A DNA stretch of 64,000 bases from a virus (lineage: Duplodnaviria; Caudoviricetes), in IMG/VR virus record IMGVR_UViG_3300025597_000009, positions 1 to 64,000 of that record, one strand, 5' to 3'. The notes beneath the pieces are model-generated. The model was not told the DNA's origin. It saw only the letters and a program-made list of their open reading frames with translations, and searched no databases. This document shows, in pieces, positions 45,841 to 54,734 of this stretch (positions within the stretch are counted from its first letter, which is position 1; the number at the start of each line of letters is the position of its first letter). The position numbers were made by a program, and so were the translations under genes.

Positions 45841-46106
45841 TTGGTATGTGCTGGTTTTAGGATATGTTCCTTTACTACTTCTAAGAAATCTAGGTAGCTA
45901 TATGTTTGGCCAGATATATTATTTATAAAAAGATATTGATCAGAAATTGTCATACTCAAATAAATTCTTAGGTCAGTATCCACTAGAATAGTTGACTTAC
46001 GGCATTTGAACTTTACATTTTCTGGGTCAAGTCTAAATATATTTAGAGAGCCAGAATTTATAAACCCTAACTTCCTTAACTCCTCATATATACTATCGCG
46101 TGTCAT
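45837..46106 (-). CDS. Small 'LGF' paralog family protein
   Basis: MTRDSIYEELRKLGF...VKFKC...NISG. Confidence 0.65.
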   Translation of the reverse strand: MTRDSIYEELRKLGFINSGSLNIFRLDPENVKFKCRKSTILVDTDLRIYLSMTISDQYLFINNISGQTYSYLDFLEVVKEHILKPAHTK

Positions 46107-46381
46107 GATTGTATAGCTAAAGCCTTTTCCAATGCGGCTTTAAGAGTATCTAGCGTATAGACTTTACCCTCAAACTCTCTGTAAGCATAGGTATTATCAT
46201 TAACTACATACGGCCACCAATAGATACAATTAGGAGTCATTAGAGCTACTTCTAATTGGATAGTATGATACAAATTATACTTAACAAGCTTAGTATAAAG
46301 AACATACCTTGTAAGGCTTTGTTTAATAAAACCCAAGCTCTCGAAATATTCTTTAAATTCCTTAGGTATCATGGTTATCAC
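46103..46381 (-). CDS. Small 'LGF' paralog family protein
   Basis: KEFKEYFESLGF...IYWW. Confidence 0.65.
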   Translation of the reverse strand: MITMIPKEFKEYFESLGFIKQSLTRYVLYTKLVKYNLYHTIQLEVALMTPNCIYWWPYVVNDNTYAYREFEGKVYTLDTLKAALEKALAIQS

Positions 46382-46647
46382 GTTTTGATTAGTATGTACT
46401 TCTTTACTACCTCTAAAAAACCTGAATAGTCATACCAACTACCAGAAATATTTGTTCTAAACAAATAGCCATCAGACCAATCTGCATGTAGGTATATTCT
46501 AATTTCTGGAGTGATTAAGATCGTTGTTTTAAGGCATTTGAATTTAACCTTTCTTGGGTTCAGTTTCAATACATCATATTTTTCAGCAGTAACATGCTGT
46601 ACAAATCCCAACTTGCTTAGCTCTGCATATAAAGCTTCCTTTGTCAT
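46378..46647 (-). CDS. Small 'LGF' paralog family protein
   Basis: MTKEALYAELSKLGF...VKFKC...NISG. Confidence 0.65.
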   Translation of the reverse strand: MTKEALYAELSKLGFVQHVTAEKYDVLKLNPRKVKFKCLKTTILITPEIRIYLHADWSDGYLFRTNISGSWYDYSGFLEVVKKYILIKT

Positions 46648-46931
46648 AACACTTCTTTTACTCTTCCAAAGACTTGCTTAGTCCAGCCATTGACGTATCC
46701 ATGATTATTAGCAATTAATAATCCCTTGGTTGGATCAACAGCTTTTACCAAATGAGTAAACAGGTTACCCTTCACTTTGCAAAAAACAACATCACCTACT
46801 TTGACATCTTTCAATTCTACTGGTTCCAGTATGTGTTTCTGTCCAGATTTGATCAAAGGAGTCATAGAGTTCCCTTTCTCTGAGGTTTCAAAAGTCTCCC
46901 CCTTTGCTAACCGCTCAATCTTATAGTTCAT
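46644..46931 (-). CDS. S24/S26 peptidase-like protein
   Basis: KGNSMTPLIKSG, VGDVVFCKV, HLVKA. Confidence 0.7.
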   Translation of the reverse strand: MNYKIERLAKGETFETSEKGNSMTPLIKSGQKHILEPVELKDVKVGDVVFCKVKGNLFTHLVKAVDPTKGLLIANNHGYVNGWTKQVFGRVKEVL

Positions 46932-47149
46932 TATTCACATTCAATAATGAATGCAGTTTCCTGCTGACCATCTATGGTTACTCGGTGAGTTCTAAGTGTC
47001 TCAAAATATTGACCTCCTTTAGTTAAAGGGGCAACCACTCCTTGATTATTAAACCACTCTTCACAGTTTTGTTCTCCTTCTCCAGAAAACCATTGGAGTA
47101 ATACTTGAGCCTGTCTGTCTGATAGGTTTGTAAAAATTGCAACTGCCAT
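46931..47149 (-). CDS. Hypothetical protein
   Basis: WFSGEGEQ motif; stop/start overlap. Confidence 0.55.
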   Translation of the reverse strand: MAVAIFTNLSDRQAQVLLQWFSGEGEQNCEEWFNNQGVVAPLTKGGQYFETLRTHRVTIDGQQETAFIIECE

Positions 47150-47244
47150 AAGCTTGCTAACGATTAAGGATATACGTTAATAAAAAAGTGGTTTAATTGA
47201 AAGTGTGTTGTTACACCAAAAGCTATCTGGCCTTTGTTAAGCTC

Positions 47245-47457
47245 TTACCCTAAATACTTCTGAATCAGGCTCAACTTTTTCCATTTATCTTCAATATTTT
47301 TTGGAAGAGTTGGTAAATTCTGAATTTCCTGTTCTAGTGGTGAAATGTCTTCTGTATCAAAGGCCATTGTAGTAGTTCCAGCCACCTTTGGATTTACTAA
47401 TAAATAATGTCTGTGATTAGTGGCATCACTGATAATACTTCCACTTAAGTAGTACAT
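47245..47457 (-). CDS. Hypothetical protein
   Basis: Co-oriented ORF downstream of tRNA-Tyr. Confidence 0.5.
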   Translation of the reverse strand: MYYLSGSIISDATNHRHYLLVNPKVAGTTTMAFDTEDISPLEQEIQNLPTLPKNIEDKWKKLSLIQKYLG

Positions 47458-47477
47458 AATAGTCGAGGATTTGTTAG

Positions 47478-47562
47478 TGGGTACACTAGGAGTCGAACCT
47501 AGACAAGTTTTAAACTACCAGATTTACAGTCTGGCCCCATTGACCAATATGAGACTGTACCC
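47478..47562 (-). tRNA. tRNA-Tyr (GUA)
   Basis: Acceptor GGGTACA/TGTACCC, anticodon arm CCAGA-CTGTAAA-TCTGG, long variable arm, T-loop TTCGACT; no encoded CCA. Confidence 0.9.
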
Positions 47563-47629
47563 AAAAAACTGCCTATCTTCAATTTGTGCTAGGCAGTAGG
47601 CATTCTAAGTAAACAACAAAATAGTAGCT

Positions 47630-47890
47630 TTATTTTTTAACTGAGCTATGTTTAGGATCAACAATAGCACTCGCAGCAATAGTCATCACTTTATTAGGCT
47701 TGTTTGGATCAACCCACTCATATTTATTTATCTTCCGAGTGCCTGCAATAGCTAATACCAATAAGTCTAAATTGTTCTTACTAGCAGCAAAACTGGAATG
47801 AAAATTATTCAGAATTTGATAAGTTGTGTCCAAAAAATAGATTGTCAACATGATAATAAAAGGTAAGTTTTCTGTAAAAACAATTGCCAC
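47630..47890 (-). CDS. Hypothetical protein (start uncertain)
   Basis: Co-oriented ORF. Confidence 0.4.
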   Translation of the reverse strand: MAIVFTENLPFIIMLTIYFLDTTYQILNNFHSSFAASKNNLDLLVLAIAGTRKINKYEWVDPNKPNKVMTIAASAIVDPKHSSVKK

Positions 47891-47952
47891 TTATATAACC
47901 TTTAGTACAAAGATCAATACTTTCAGGTATAGCTTAAAAATTCTAACAAAAG

Positions 47953-48537
47953 TTAGTTATTAGAGAAAGGAGTTGAATTTTGCTTGTGGGCTACTCTAAA
48001 TTTATTTGCCAATACATTAATAGCCTCTGTAAATAAAGGTCTATTATAGTCTAACTTTTCAACCAATTCCTCATTTTGAGCTATTTTGTCAAGAAACTCT
48101 TCCCGCTTTTCTTCATATTGCTCTGGAGCTTGAACAGCCATAGCCCCTAAACTATAGGTAAATAATATCATAGTAAGCTGTAGAGCTTGATCTGTTAGAA
48201 TACCAGCTCCATTTTTAAATAGATTCCCTTCTTTATCCATAAAGGAAAAACTTTGACTCTCTAGATCAATCATTAGATCGTACATTGCTGCTGAAGGCAT
48301 AAGAGCATTTGGGCTGGGGGCAAAAACAATCAAATTGAGCATTAATTCACTTATATTAGTGAATGCATTGTATTGAAGGGAGCTATTAGTATCTGATTTT
48401 TCTATTTCTTGGAGTGCAAATGCAAGAAAGCCATTTACTTTTTCTTCAAGAGATATTTTACCATTTCCACTAGCTAATAGTGTTTCAAAAGCTTCCTGCA
48501 AATACTCTTTGTTCAGATTCAAATTTAATAATGGCAT
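47953..48537 (-). CDS. Hypothetical helical protein
   Basis: 194 aa ORF. Confidence 0.6.
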   Translation of the reverse strand: MPLLNLNLNKEYLQEAFETLLASGNGKISLEEKVNGFLAFALQEIEKSDTNSSLQYNAFTNISELMLNLIVFAPSPNALMPSAAMYDLMIDLESQSFSFMDKEGNLFKNGAGILTDQALQLTMILFTYSLGAMAVQAPEQYEEKREEFLDKIAQNEELVEKLDYNRPLFTEAINVLANKFRVAHKQNSTPFSNN

Positions 48538-48598
48538 ACAATTAGTTGGAATTTCATAAGGAGTCTAGCCCTATGTAATAGAGAGCCAGACTCCAGGT

Positions 48599-48886
48599 TT
48601 AATTGTGATTGCTTTTTGCATTTCGTGTTATAGTAAGAAGGTTACCAACTTGTTCAGCTTCTTTAAACATCTGCTGGACACCTCCTTTTTTTGTAGCAGC
48701 TACCTGTTTGGTAATGAACATGAAACAGTATGTCTCTACTGCTTTTAGATTAAAATCAGTAGGTTCAGCTTCATAATTCTGAATTGCCTTTTTAATCAGG
48801 TTAACAACTGCCGGTACTGGCAAACTTTCAGCCAGTGTTCCAAGCATTTCCGTAATGGGGTTTTGATTATGCATAGACTGGTGCAA
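48599..48886 (-). CDS. Hypothetical protein
   Basis: Packed ORF. Confidence 0.55.
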   Translation of the reverse strand: MHQSMHNQNPITEMLGTLAESLPVPAVVNLIKKAIQNYEAEPTDFNLKAVETYCFMFITKQVAATKKGGVQQMFKEAEQVGNLLTITRNAKSNHN

Positions 48887-49238
48887 TGGTTCTATGATAG
48901 GTCATCATACAGAATTCATAGTTATTAGGGTCTTCTGTATTGATGTGACCTTTTTGAGATGGATCTTTAATCCGGTATGGTAATTTTGCAACTAGTACCA
49001 CACTTTTATCATCTAATTGGGTCATGTTCCTATTCACTGTTACGCGCTTTCCTGTTAGTTTAGAAATCATATTAGCTACAGCATCATAGCCAACTGAAGA
49101 GCTAACTTCTTCTGCATCTTGCAGAATCATTTTGAATGTATCTTGATCAATTGTTGTTCTCATAAAGATACCATCCTGAGGCATCATTGCTGAGTTCATT
49201 ACATATACTTTGGACATACTCTTATGTAAATAAAACAC
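48867..49238 (-). CDS. DUF1874 (STIV B116-like) protein
   Basis: VYVMNSAMMP, SSVGYDAVA, VTVNR, VAKLPYR. Confidence 0.7.
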   Translation of the reverse strand: MFYLHKSMSKVYVMNSAMMPQDGIFMRTTIDQDTFKMILQDAEEVSSSVGYDAVANMISKLTGKRVTVNRNMTQLDDKSVVLVAKLPYRIKDPSQKGHINTEDPNNYEFCMMTYHRTIAPVYA

Positions 49239-49254
49239 TGAACGTTAATTTCTT

Positions 49255-49587
49255 TCAGTTCTGGAATTTATTTACATAGTTTGTAGCACTGCTCTTGACC
49301 AACTCCCTCTCTAATTCTTTTTGTTCTACAACCATGAACATCGCAGCTAATCCCTGTTTGCCATAGCAAAACATTGTACCCTTCCTTTTTAAGGTTGGAA
49401 TAATTTTAGTAACAATCTCGTATACACTATTGCCTTGACTAACTTCTTCAATGTTTCCAGTTGTTTTATCAATAGCTATGAGAATAAACTTGTCTAACTC
49501 TTCACACTTTTTTACCACCTTGTCGATGTTTAATTCTAGCAGTACTTTAATACCAGCAGGAATATCATCTTCTTCCTCTTCATTCAT
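49255..49587 (-). CDS. Hypothetical protein
   Basis: Packed ORF. Confidence 0.55.
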   Translation of the reverse strand: MNEEEEDDIPAGIKVLLELNIDKVVKKCEELDKFILIAIDKTTGNIEEVSQGNSVYEIVTKIIPTLKRKGTMFCYGKQGLAAMFMVVEQKELERELVKSSATNYVNKFQN

Positions 49588-49650
49588 TGTTTAAAGTTGT
49601 TAAATGAAAAATAGAGCAGAGAATACTATCTCTGCTCCAGTGTAAGACTG

Positions 49651-50964
49651 TTAATCAGCTTTTACACTAAATTCCTGATAAGAACCACCAGATCGAATAC
49701 AAAACTTCTGCATTCCTTCATGATCACCTTCCAGGATAAATCCATGGGTTACCACTTTAGGATACCAGCCTTCTTTAATATGGTCTTGGCCATCATTGAT
49801 AATACAAATCTGTGGTCTATCCCCATTAAAGCTAACCTCACCTTCTTTTGTAGGTACACTACCTTTTTTAATAAATTCAATAGTGTTCTCAATTGCTCGT
49901 TGCATGTCAGTACCTCCTCTACCAAATTGGAAATACTTATTAAACTTTTCCCATACATGCAGACATTCTTCTCTAGTCTTGATAACTAACCAATGAGGGT
50001 CTAGGCGGCTTTCAAATGTGCAAATGTAGAGTTCAGCATTTCCCTGACTTACCTGTTCACACCGATTTAGTAGTAAGGCTTTTACCCACCCAATTTTATC
50101 TGAATCATGCATGGAACCAGAGTCATCAATAAGCAGAATAAGTACTTGCTTATTGAAGCTAATTCTAACCCCCTTTTTGATCTCCAGTTGCTTGGTAGCC
50201 ACTTTATAATTAAAGGTGGGCATAGCTAATTGAATAGCTCCAACTTTTTGTACTTCAGAGTATTGCTGTATACGCAACATCCGTGTCTTCCTGGCACTAG
50301 GATCATCTTCTTTGGATTTTGATCTATATGCTTTGATATTTCCTTTCCTGTTTAAAATGGAAAGCTTTTTCAATACATCCAGATTTTCAGCACCTAGTTG
50401 GCCAGCTCGAACACCATTGAATACAGAGGGATCTTGATCCCCTAGTAAAGCTTTCTCAGTGAAACTGTCAGCTGGCATAATTTTACCAACCATCTCAGCA
50501 TTCTCTTTTAGCTTTTTAGCAATATTGGCTCCTGATTGGTTTCCCTGGAATATAGGAAGTTCTTCTTCTTCAGTAGCTCCTCCTTTACCTTTACGGCCAC
50601 CTGCTCCCTGATTAGAAAGAGAATGGGCAATGTTTAAGGCTTGTTCCAGCGGAGTATCCCCATTGAAAACTGATACATCAATGTTCTTTAAGAATTCCTG
50701 AGCTTTCTTATTGAACTCAAACACACGTTCCTCTGCCTTTTCCTGAGTCTCCCCTTCTTTAGGTTCTACATTATCATAGTTCCAGGTAGAAGGTTTGGTA
50801 AAAGCTTTAGCACGTTCATCTTCAGGAAATGAAGTTAGATTGGCAATATCCTGTACTAATTGTACTGAATATGTACCCTGTAAATTCATTTTCTTCACTA
50901 CATGCTCAATCTCTTTTTTGGATGGAGTGATGTAGTTTTTGTGGGGTACAGTTCGTTGGATCAT
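49651..50964 (-). CDS. vWA-domain protein (partner of the MoxR-like ATPase)
   Basis: MIDAS LIDDSGSM, GGTD, INDG. Confidence 0.85.
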   Translation of the reverse strand: MIQRTVPHKNYITPSKKEIEHVVKKMNLQGTYSVQLVQDIANLTSFPEDERAKAFTKPSTWNYDNVEPKEGETQEKAEERVFEFNKKAQEFLKNIDVSVFNGDTPLEQALNIAHSLSNQGAGGRKGKGGATEEEELPIFQGNQSGANIAKKLKENAEMVGKIMPADSFTEKALLGDQDPSVFNGVRAGQLGAENLDVLKKLSILNRKGNIKAYRSKSKEDDPSARKTRMLRIQQYSEVQKVGAIQLAMPTFNYKVATKQLEIKKGVRISFNKQVLILLIDDSGSMHDSDKIGWVKALLLNRCEQVSQGNAELYICTFESRLDPHWLVIKTREECLHVWEKFNKYFQFGRGGTDMQRAIENTIEFIKKGSVPTKEGEVSFNGDRPQICIINDGQDHIKEGWYPKVVTHGFILEGDHEGMQKFCIRSGGSYQEFSVKAD

Positions 50965-50967
50965 TGA

Positions 50968-53291
50968 TTAGGCTAGTGCTCCTAAGAAGTTCAAATCAGT
51001 ATCAGCATTGGTTTTTTCCAAGGCATTATCCAGACAGGTTTTCTGGTATGTTTTCCAGATTTCCCGAAGTTTTTTGTATTGTGGCTGAAACTCATCTCTG
51101 AAGGATTGATCATCCAGAAACTTAATAACTCTCTCAGCTGCTTTACTGTACTGGATGTACCGGATAGGGGTATTCTTATCCACTGGAGGCAAATCAGAAA
51201 GCTGTTTGTGCATAGCATTAAACTTCTCTCTTTCCTGCCGAATAGCTTCAAATTCTTCCATTTGAGACTCAATCTCATTTACATGGTGAGGATCAAAGCC
51301 AGCTACATACTTCAGCCCAGACAAGCCAGCTGTGTTGTACACAATAGCTGCCTTAACAGCTGTTCTTGGAGAAATGAAATTGTTTCTACTTACTTCAGCC
51401 ACAATTTGGGCAAACGTATGCATGGGTTTTTTGAGCACTTTATCAAACAGGAGTGCATAATCTTCCTGATTGTAAGTTTCCCATTCTACCCGGTGCTCTA
51501 AAGGAAAACGCTCCATCAAGGCTTTGATAGAATCATCCTCAGCAATTTCTTCCCGGCTTCTGTTGGTACAAACTACAATACACTTGGTTTTGATGGGTAC
51601 TTGCTGATTTCCATTTCTGAACTGTTTTGAAGTTAGAATATCCTTGAGCTGTTCTAATACGGCTGTAGGAGCATCCAAACCTTCTTCCAGTATAACATAC
51701 TCATGGCTCATGAAACTCCGTTCAATATTATATTCAATGGCACCATGGTCTTGAAATTCTTTCATTTTCAATCCCCCTAACAAGGATTCTATTGTTGAGC
51801 CCTGGCCAAGTGATTGAATAAACGGCTTTTCATCAATAGCCTTAAAGAATGCTTCACTCATTTCACTTTTCTAATTGTTATTAACCACAGGCTTTTTATC
51901 CTGTGCTCTGGAAGTTTCCCTCATTTTCATCAGTTGGTCATTTCCAACTCAGTATAGCATATATTTTCACCTCCAACTCAATGGTAAGGTGGGGAACACT
52001 CGTGGTAGTATTATAGTCTGTTTTACAGGATCAACTACTATGCGTTACACTACCAATAAATCTTTAAGTTATTGGTTAGCTCGGTATTAGCACTTCACTT
52101 TGAGCCTTCACCGATTTTGCTCCCTCATAATCCAAGATATTTCTATCCTGGACGGCAAATCCAAAATTCTTGAAAAGTTGGTATCTGTTGTACTTTCTAT
52201 CTAAATGCAAAGAACTAGTTTCATATAGCTTTTTTAAAATATCAATACTGTCTGGACAACTATAAGAAGTCTCAAAAACAAAGTGGCTTGCTGTTTCTTC
52301 AGAGTTAGCCAATAAGTAATTTCTTTCCCTATAGTTTAAGACCTTGTTAATACCTTGTAAAACATCTTTAGTGCCTAAAAATTTAACAATTGGTTTGTAT
52401 CCACTTGTGGTATGTGTAAATGTAAAGCAACCATCACCATCAAAGTAACCTCTTACAAAAGCTAGTTGATGTTTATTAGGTAGTTGATTTTCAGACGGAA
52501 ATAGTAAAGTTTCAGATTTTTTAGGAGTACATCCTAAACTAATTAGATCTAATCTCATTTGTTTACTATAAAAACAATATCGAGCAGCTTTCCCATCTTT
52601 AGTTAGATAGATTTTATTATCTGCCTTTATAAATTGCTTAAATTTTAACAAATGGTTCATATCACTAATTTTTAATCCTAGTTCAATAGCATTTGTAGTC
52701 GAATGGATTGCACCATCTGCATACAAAAACCCAAGCCAGTAAGCTTTTTCATCAGTATCAATAGTTGAAAAGAGATTATGTTGAGTTCCTCTTTCATTTT
52801 GTCTATTGATAATCTGTATTCCATTAGCTTTGAGTATTTTAGATATTCTTTCTGGTCTTGTTTTGAACATTTTACCTATTTTTTCCAAACTGTAACCTTG
52901 CTTATAATACTGTATGTATTCTTCAGCTGTACCTAATGTTTGATTTTGTTGATTTAATACACATACCCCCTTACTTCTTAGATACTTATTAATAATGTAA
53001 GGTGAATTCCCAAATTGTTTTACAAGAGAAGCTATACTTCTTTGATTTACAACATACTCATACTCAATTAATTTACCTAACTCCTCTTCCATATCTACAC
53101 ATATTTAACTATATGTAAATATACGAATTTTAGATGTGTTTACCATGTCCACCTTTCCCAAACAAGACTACATTTTCATTTGTTATGTACCCTAGGTGTA
53201 GAATTTCAGCAACTTGATCTACATAAATGAAGTTTTTGTTAAGAGCTTCTTTAACAGCTTCTAATGAAATAGAGGTTCCTTTAGATTTCAT
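50968..53291 (-). CDS. MoxR/RavA-like AAA+ ATPase, spliced (exons 53291-53142 and 51870-50968; 350 aa)
   Basis: Exon 1 MKSKGTSIS...ENVVLFGKGGHG plus exon 2 KSEMSEAFF restore Walker A GKGGHGKS. Also Walker B ILEE, CTN, ALMERF, ISPR. Confidence 0.85.
51871..53141 (-). mobile_element. Group I intron within the Walker A codons of the AAA+ gene
   Basis: Exon ends CATGGT (U); guide TTTGCCGT lies near the ORF end. Core AAAATCGGTGAA, AATACCGAG, GTGTAACGCATAG, ATATGCTATAC. Ends ...ACAATTAG|AAA. Confidence 0.85.
52076..53092 (-). CDS. Intron-encoded LAGLIDADG homing endonuclease
   Basis: YWLGFLYADG and FVRGYFDGDG; two N-terminal HTH repeats. Confidence 0.9.
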   Translation of the reverse strand: MEEELGKLIEYEYVVNQRSIASLVKQFGNSPYIINKYLRSKGVCVLNQQNQTLGTAEEYIQYYKQGYSLEKIGKMFKTRPERISKILKANGIQIINRQNERGTQHNLFSTIDTDEKAYWLGFLYADGAIHSTTNAIELGLKISDMNHLLKFKQFIKADNKIYLTKDGKAARYCFYSKQMRLDLISLGCTPKKSETLLFPSENQLPNKHQLAFVRGYFDGDGCFTFTHTTSGYKPIVKFLGTKDVLQGINKVLNYRERNYLLANSEETASHFVFETSYSCPDSIDILKKLYETSSLHLDRKYNRYQLFKNFGFAVQDRNILDYEGAKSVKAQSEVLIPS

Positions 53292-53475
53292 GAAATTTTT
53301 AATAAACAGTAACTAATTGCCTACCTTTTTAGTACAGTTGTCGGCTGTTCTGTAGAAAGAGAAGAAATTGAGAAAGCTTGTATAATTCTATTCACAAAGA
53401 TCAAGGGTCTTTGCTTTCAAATAAGCTTTCTCTAACAACTTCTGGTTATTGTTATTCTATTGTGATAATAGCCAC

Positions 53476-53841
53476 TTAAAACCAATCATGAGGATCATAG
53501 AGCTGTAGTCTGACAAAAGCATGATGCATGTCTTCTTGATCCTGATAATGGTGAATTTCAGTAACTTGAGTAAGTCTCTCTCGTACACTACCTACATAAC
53601 TAGCTCCCTGATACACATCCAATTCCAGAAAAGGCAATTGTTCAGTAGTAAAGCCAGGATACTTTCTGTCCAGAGGAAACTGATAGACTTCCTCATTACA
53701 CTCATTGAGCACACTGATCTTATCAGCATGTTTTACACATCTTAACATAAGGGTATGATTTATAGGGTTATTAATGAGGAATTCAGTTTCTTGGGATAAA
53801 AAACTTATCTTTAATTTAAAGTCAGGTATCCCTTGATGCAA
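53476..53841 (-). CDS. Hypothetical protein
   Basis: Co-oriented ORF. Confidence 0.5.
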   Translation of the reverse strand: MHQGIPDFKLKISFLSQETEFLINNPINHTLMLRCVKHADKISVLNECNEEVYQFPLDRKYPGFTTEQLPFLELDVYQGASYVGSVRERLTQVTEIHHYQDQEDMHHAFVRLQLYDPHDWF

Positions 53842-54023
53842 GTGTTTTTGGTCTTGTCAAAAAGCTTTCCAAATACATGGTCATTAACTTTCTCAATGAC
53901 CCGAAATGTAAAACCATCTACAGTTACACCTGAGTTTCCTTTAAGAATCTCTTCTTTTTTGGTTAGTAACTGCTTAGCAATTGTGGGTAAAAATGGAAAG
54001 AATTTAGTGCCGTTGTGATGCAT
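53811..54023 (-). CDS. Hypothetical protein
   Basis: Co-oriented ORF. Confidence 0.5.
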   Translation of the reverse strand: MHHNGTKFFPFLPTIAKQLLTKKEEILKGNSGVTVDGFTFRVIEKVNDHVFGKLFDKTKNTCIKGYLTLN

Positions 54024-54104
54024 AAGTCAATAACGGTTATTGATATACGTTTAACAAAGTGTAGAGCTACCCTAAGTGTTTGGCTTAAGATAGCTCTAGT
54101 TCAT

Positions 54105-54734
54105 TTAGGCAGCTACTTTATACAATGTACCCTGAATCTTGAGTGTTTTGATAGTCTGAAGATTCACCTGCCGAATACAATCATGAGGTGTTGTTTTCTT
54201 CTTACTTAACTCAACCACTTTCACATACCCTAACACATTTGGGTCCTGACCAGACAAGTATTGACCATTAAGCACCCTTTCTTCCCCTTTCTTTTTCTTA
54301 AAGGTTACAGTAAAGAAACGGCCACCAGCATTGCTCATCAGCTCAAAAGCCTTTTTCTTGCCAATTTTTATGACTTTAGAAGGTTGTTGAACTGGCAGAG
54401 CAGGAGTAGCTACAGCATTAGCTGCAATAGCTTGACCAAAAGCAGCTTGTACATCAGGAGTTTGCAAATTTGTCATGGTAATGTTTGGGTCTGAATAAAT
54501 TCTGAATACACCTGTATCCTCAAAGGTAAATAGGCCTTGAGCAGTAAATCCTTGCATAAGCTTACTTACCAGTTCCTGAGTCCAATTGTATTCTGGGTGA
54601 TCTTCCCTGAGCTTTAATTTTATCTCCAGGGTGGTTACTCGATTGGTAGCTTTGAGCAGTTGTAAGGCTGCATCTAAACAAAGTTGATCTCTTTTACTCA
54701 TGATTTGAGCCAAATCACTTTTTTTATATGGCAC
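54105..54734 (-). CDS. wHTH-like N-terminal plus SH3/WYL-like C-terminal domain protein (likely start MSKRD)
   Basis: VTTLEIKLKLR...WTQELVS; GRFFTVTFKKKKGEERVLNG...IRQVNLQTI. Confidence 0.55.
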   Translation of the reverse strand: MPYKKSDLAQIMSKRDQLCLDAALQLLKATNRVTTLEIKLKLREDHPEYNWTQELVSKLMQGFTAQGLFTFEDTGVFRIYSDPNITMTNLQTPDVQAAFGQAIAANAVATPALPVQQPSKVIKIGKKKAFELMSNAGGRFFTVTFKKKKGEERVLNGQYLSGQDPNVLGYVKVVELSKKKTTPHDCIRQVNLQTIKTLKIQGTLYKVAA

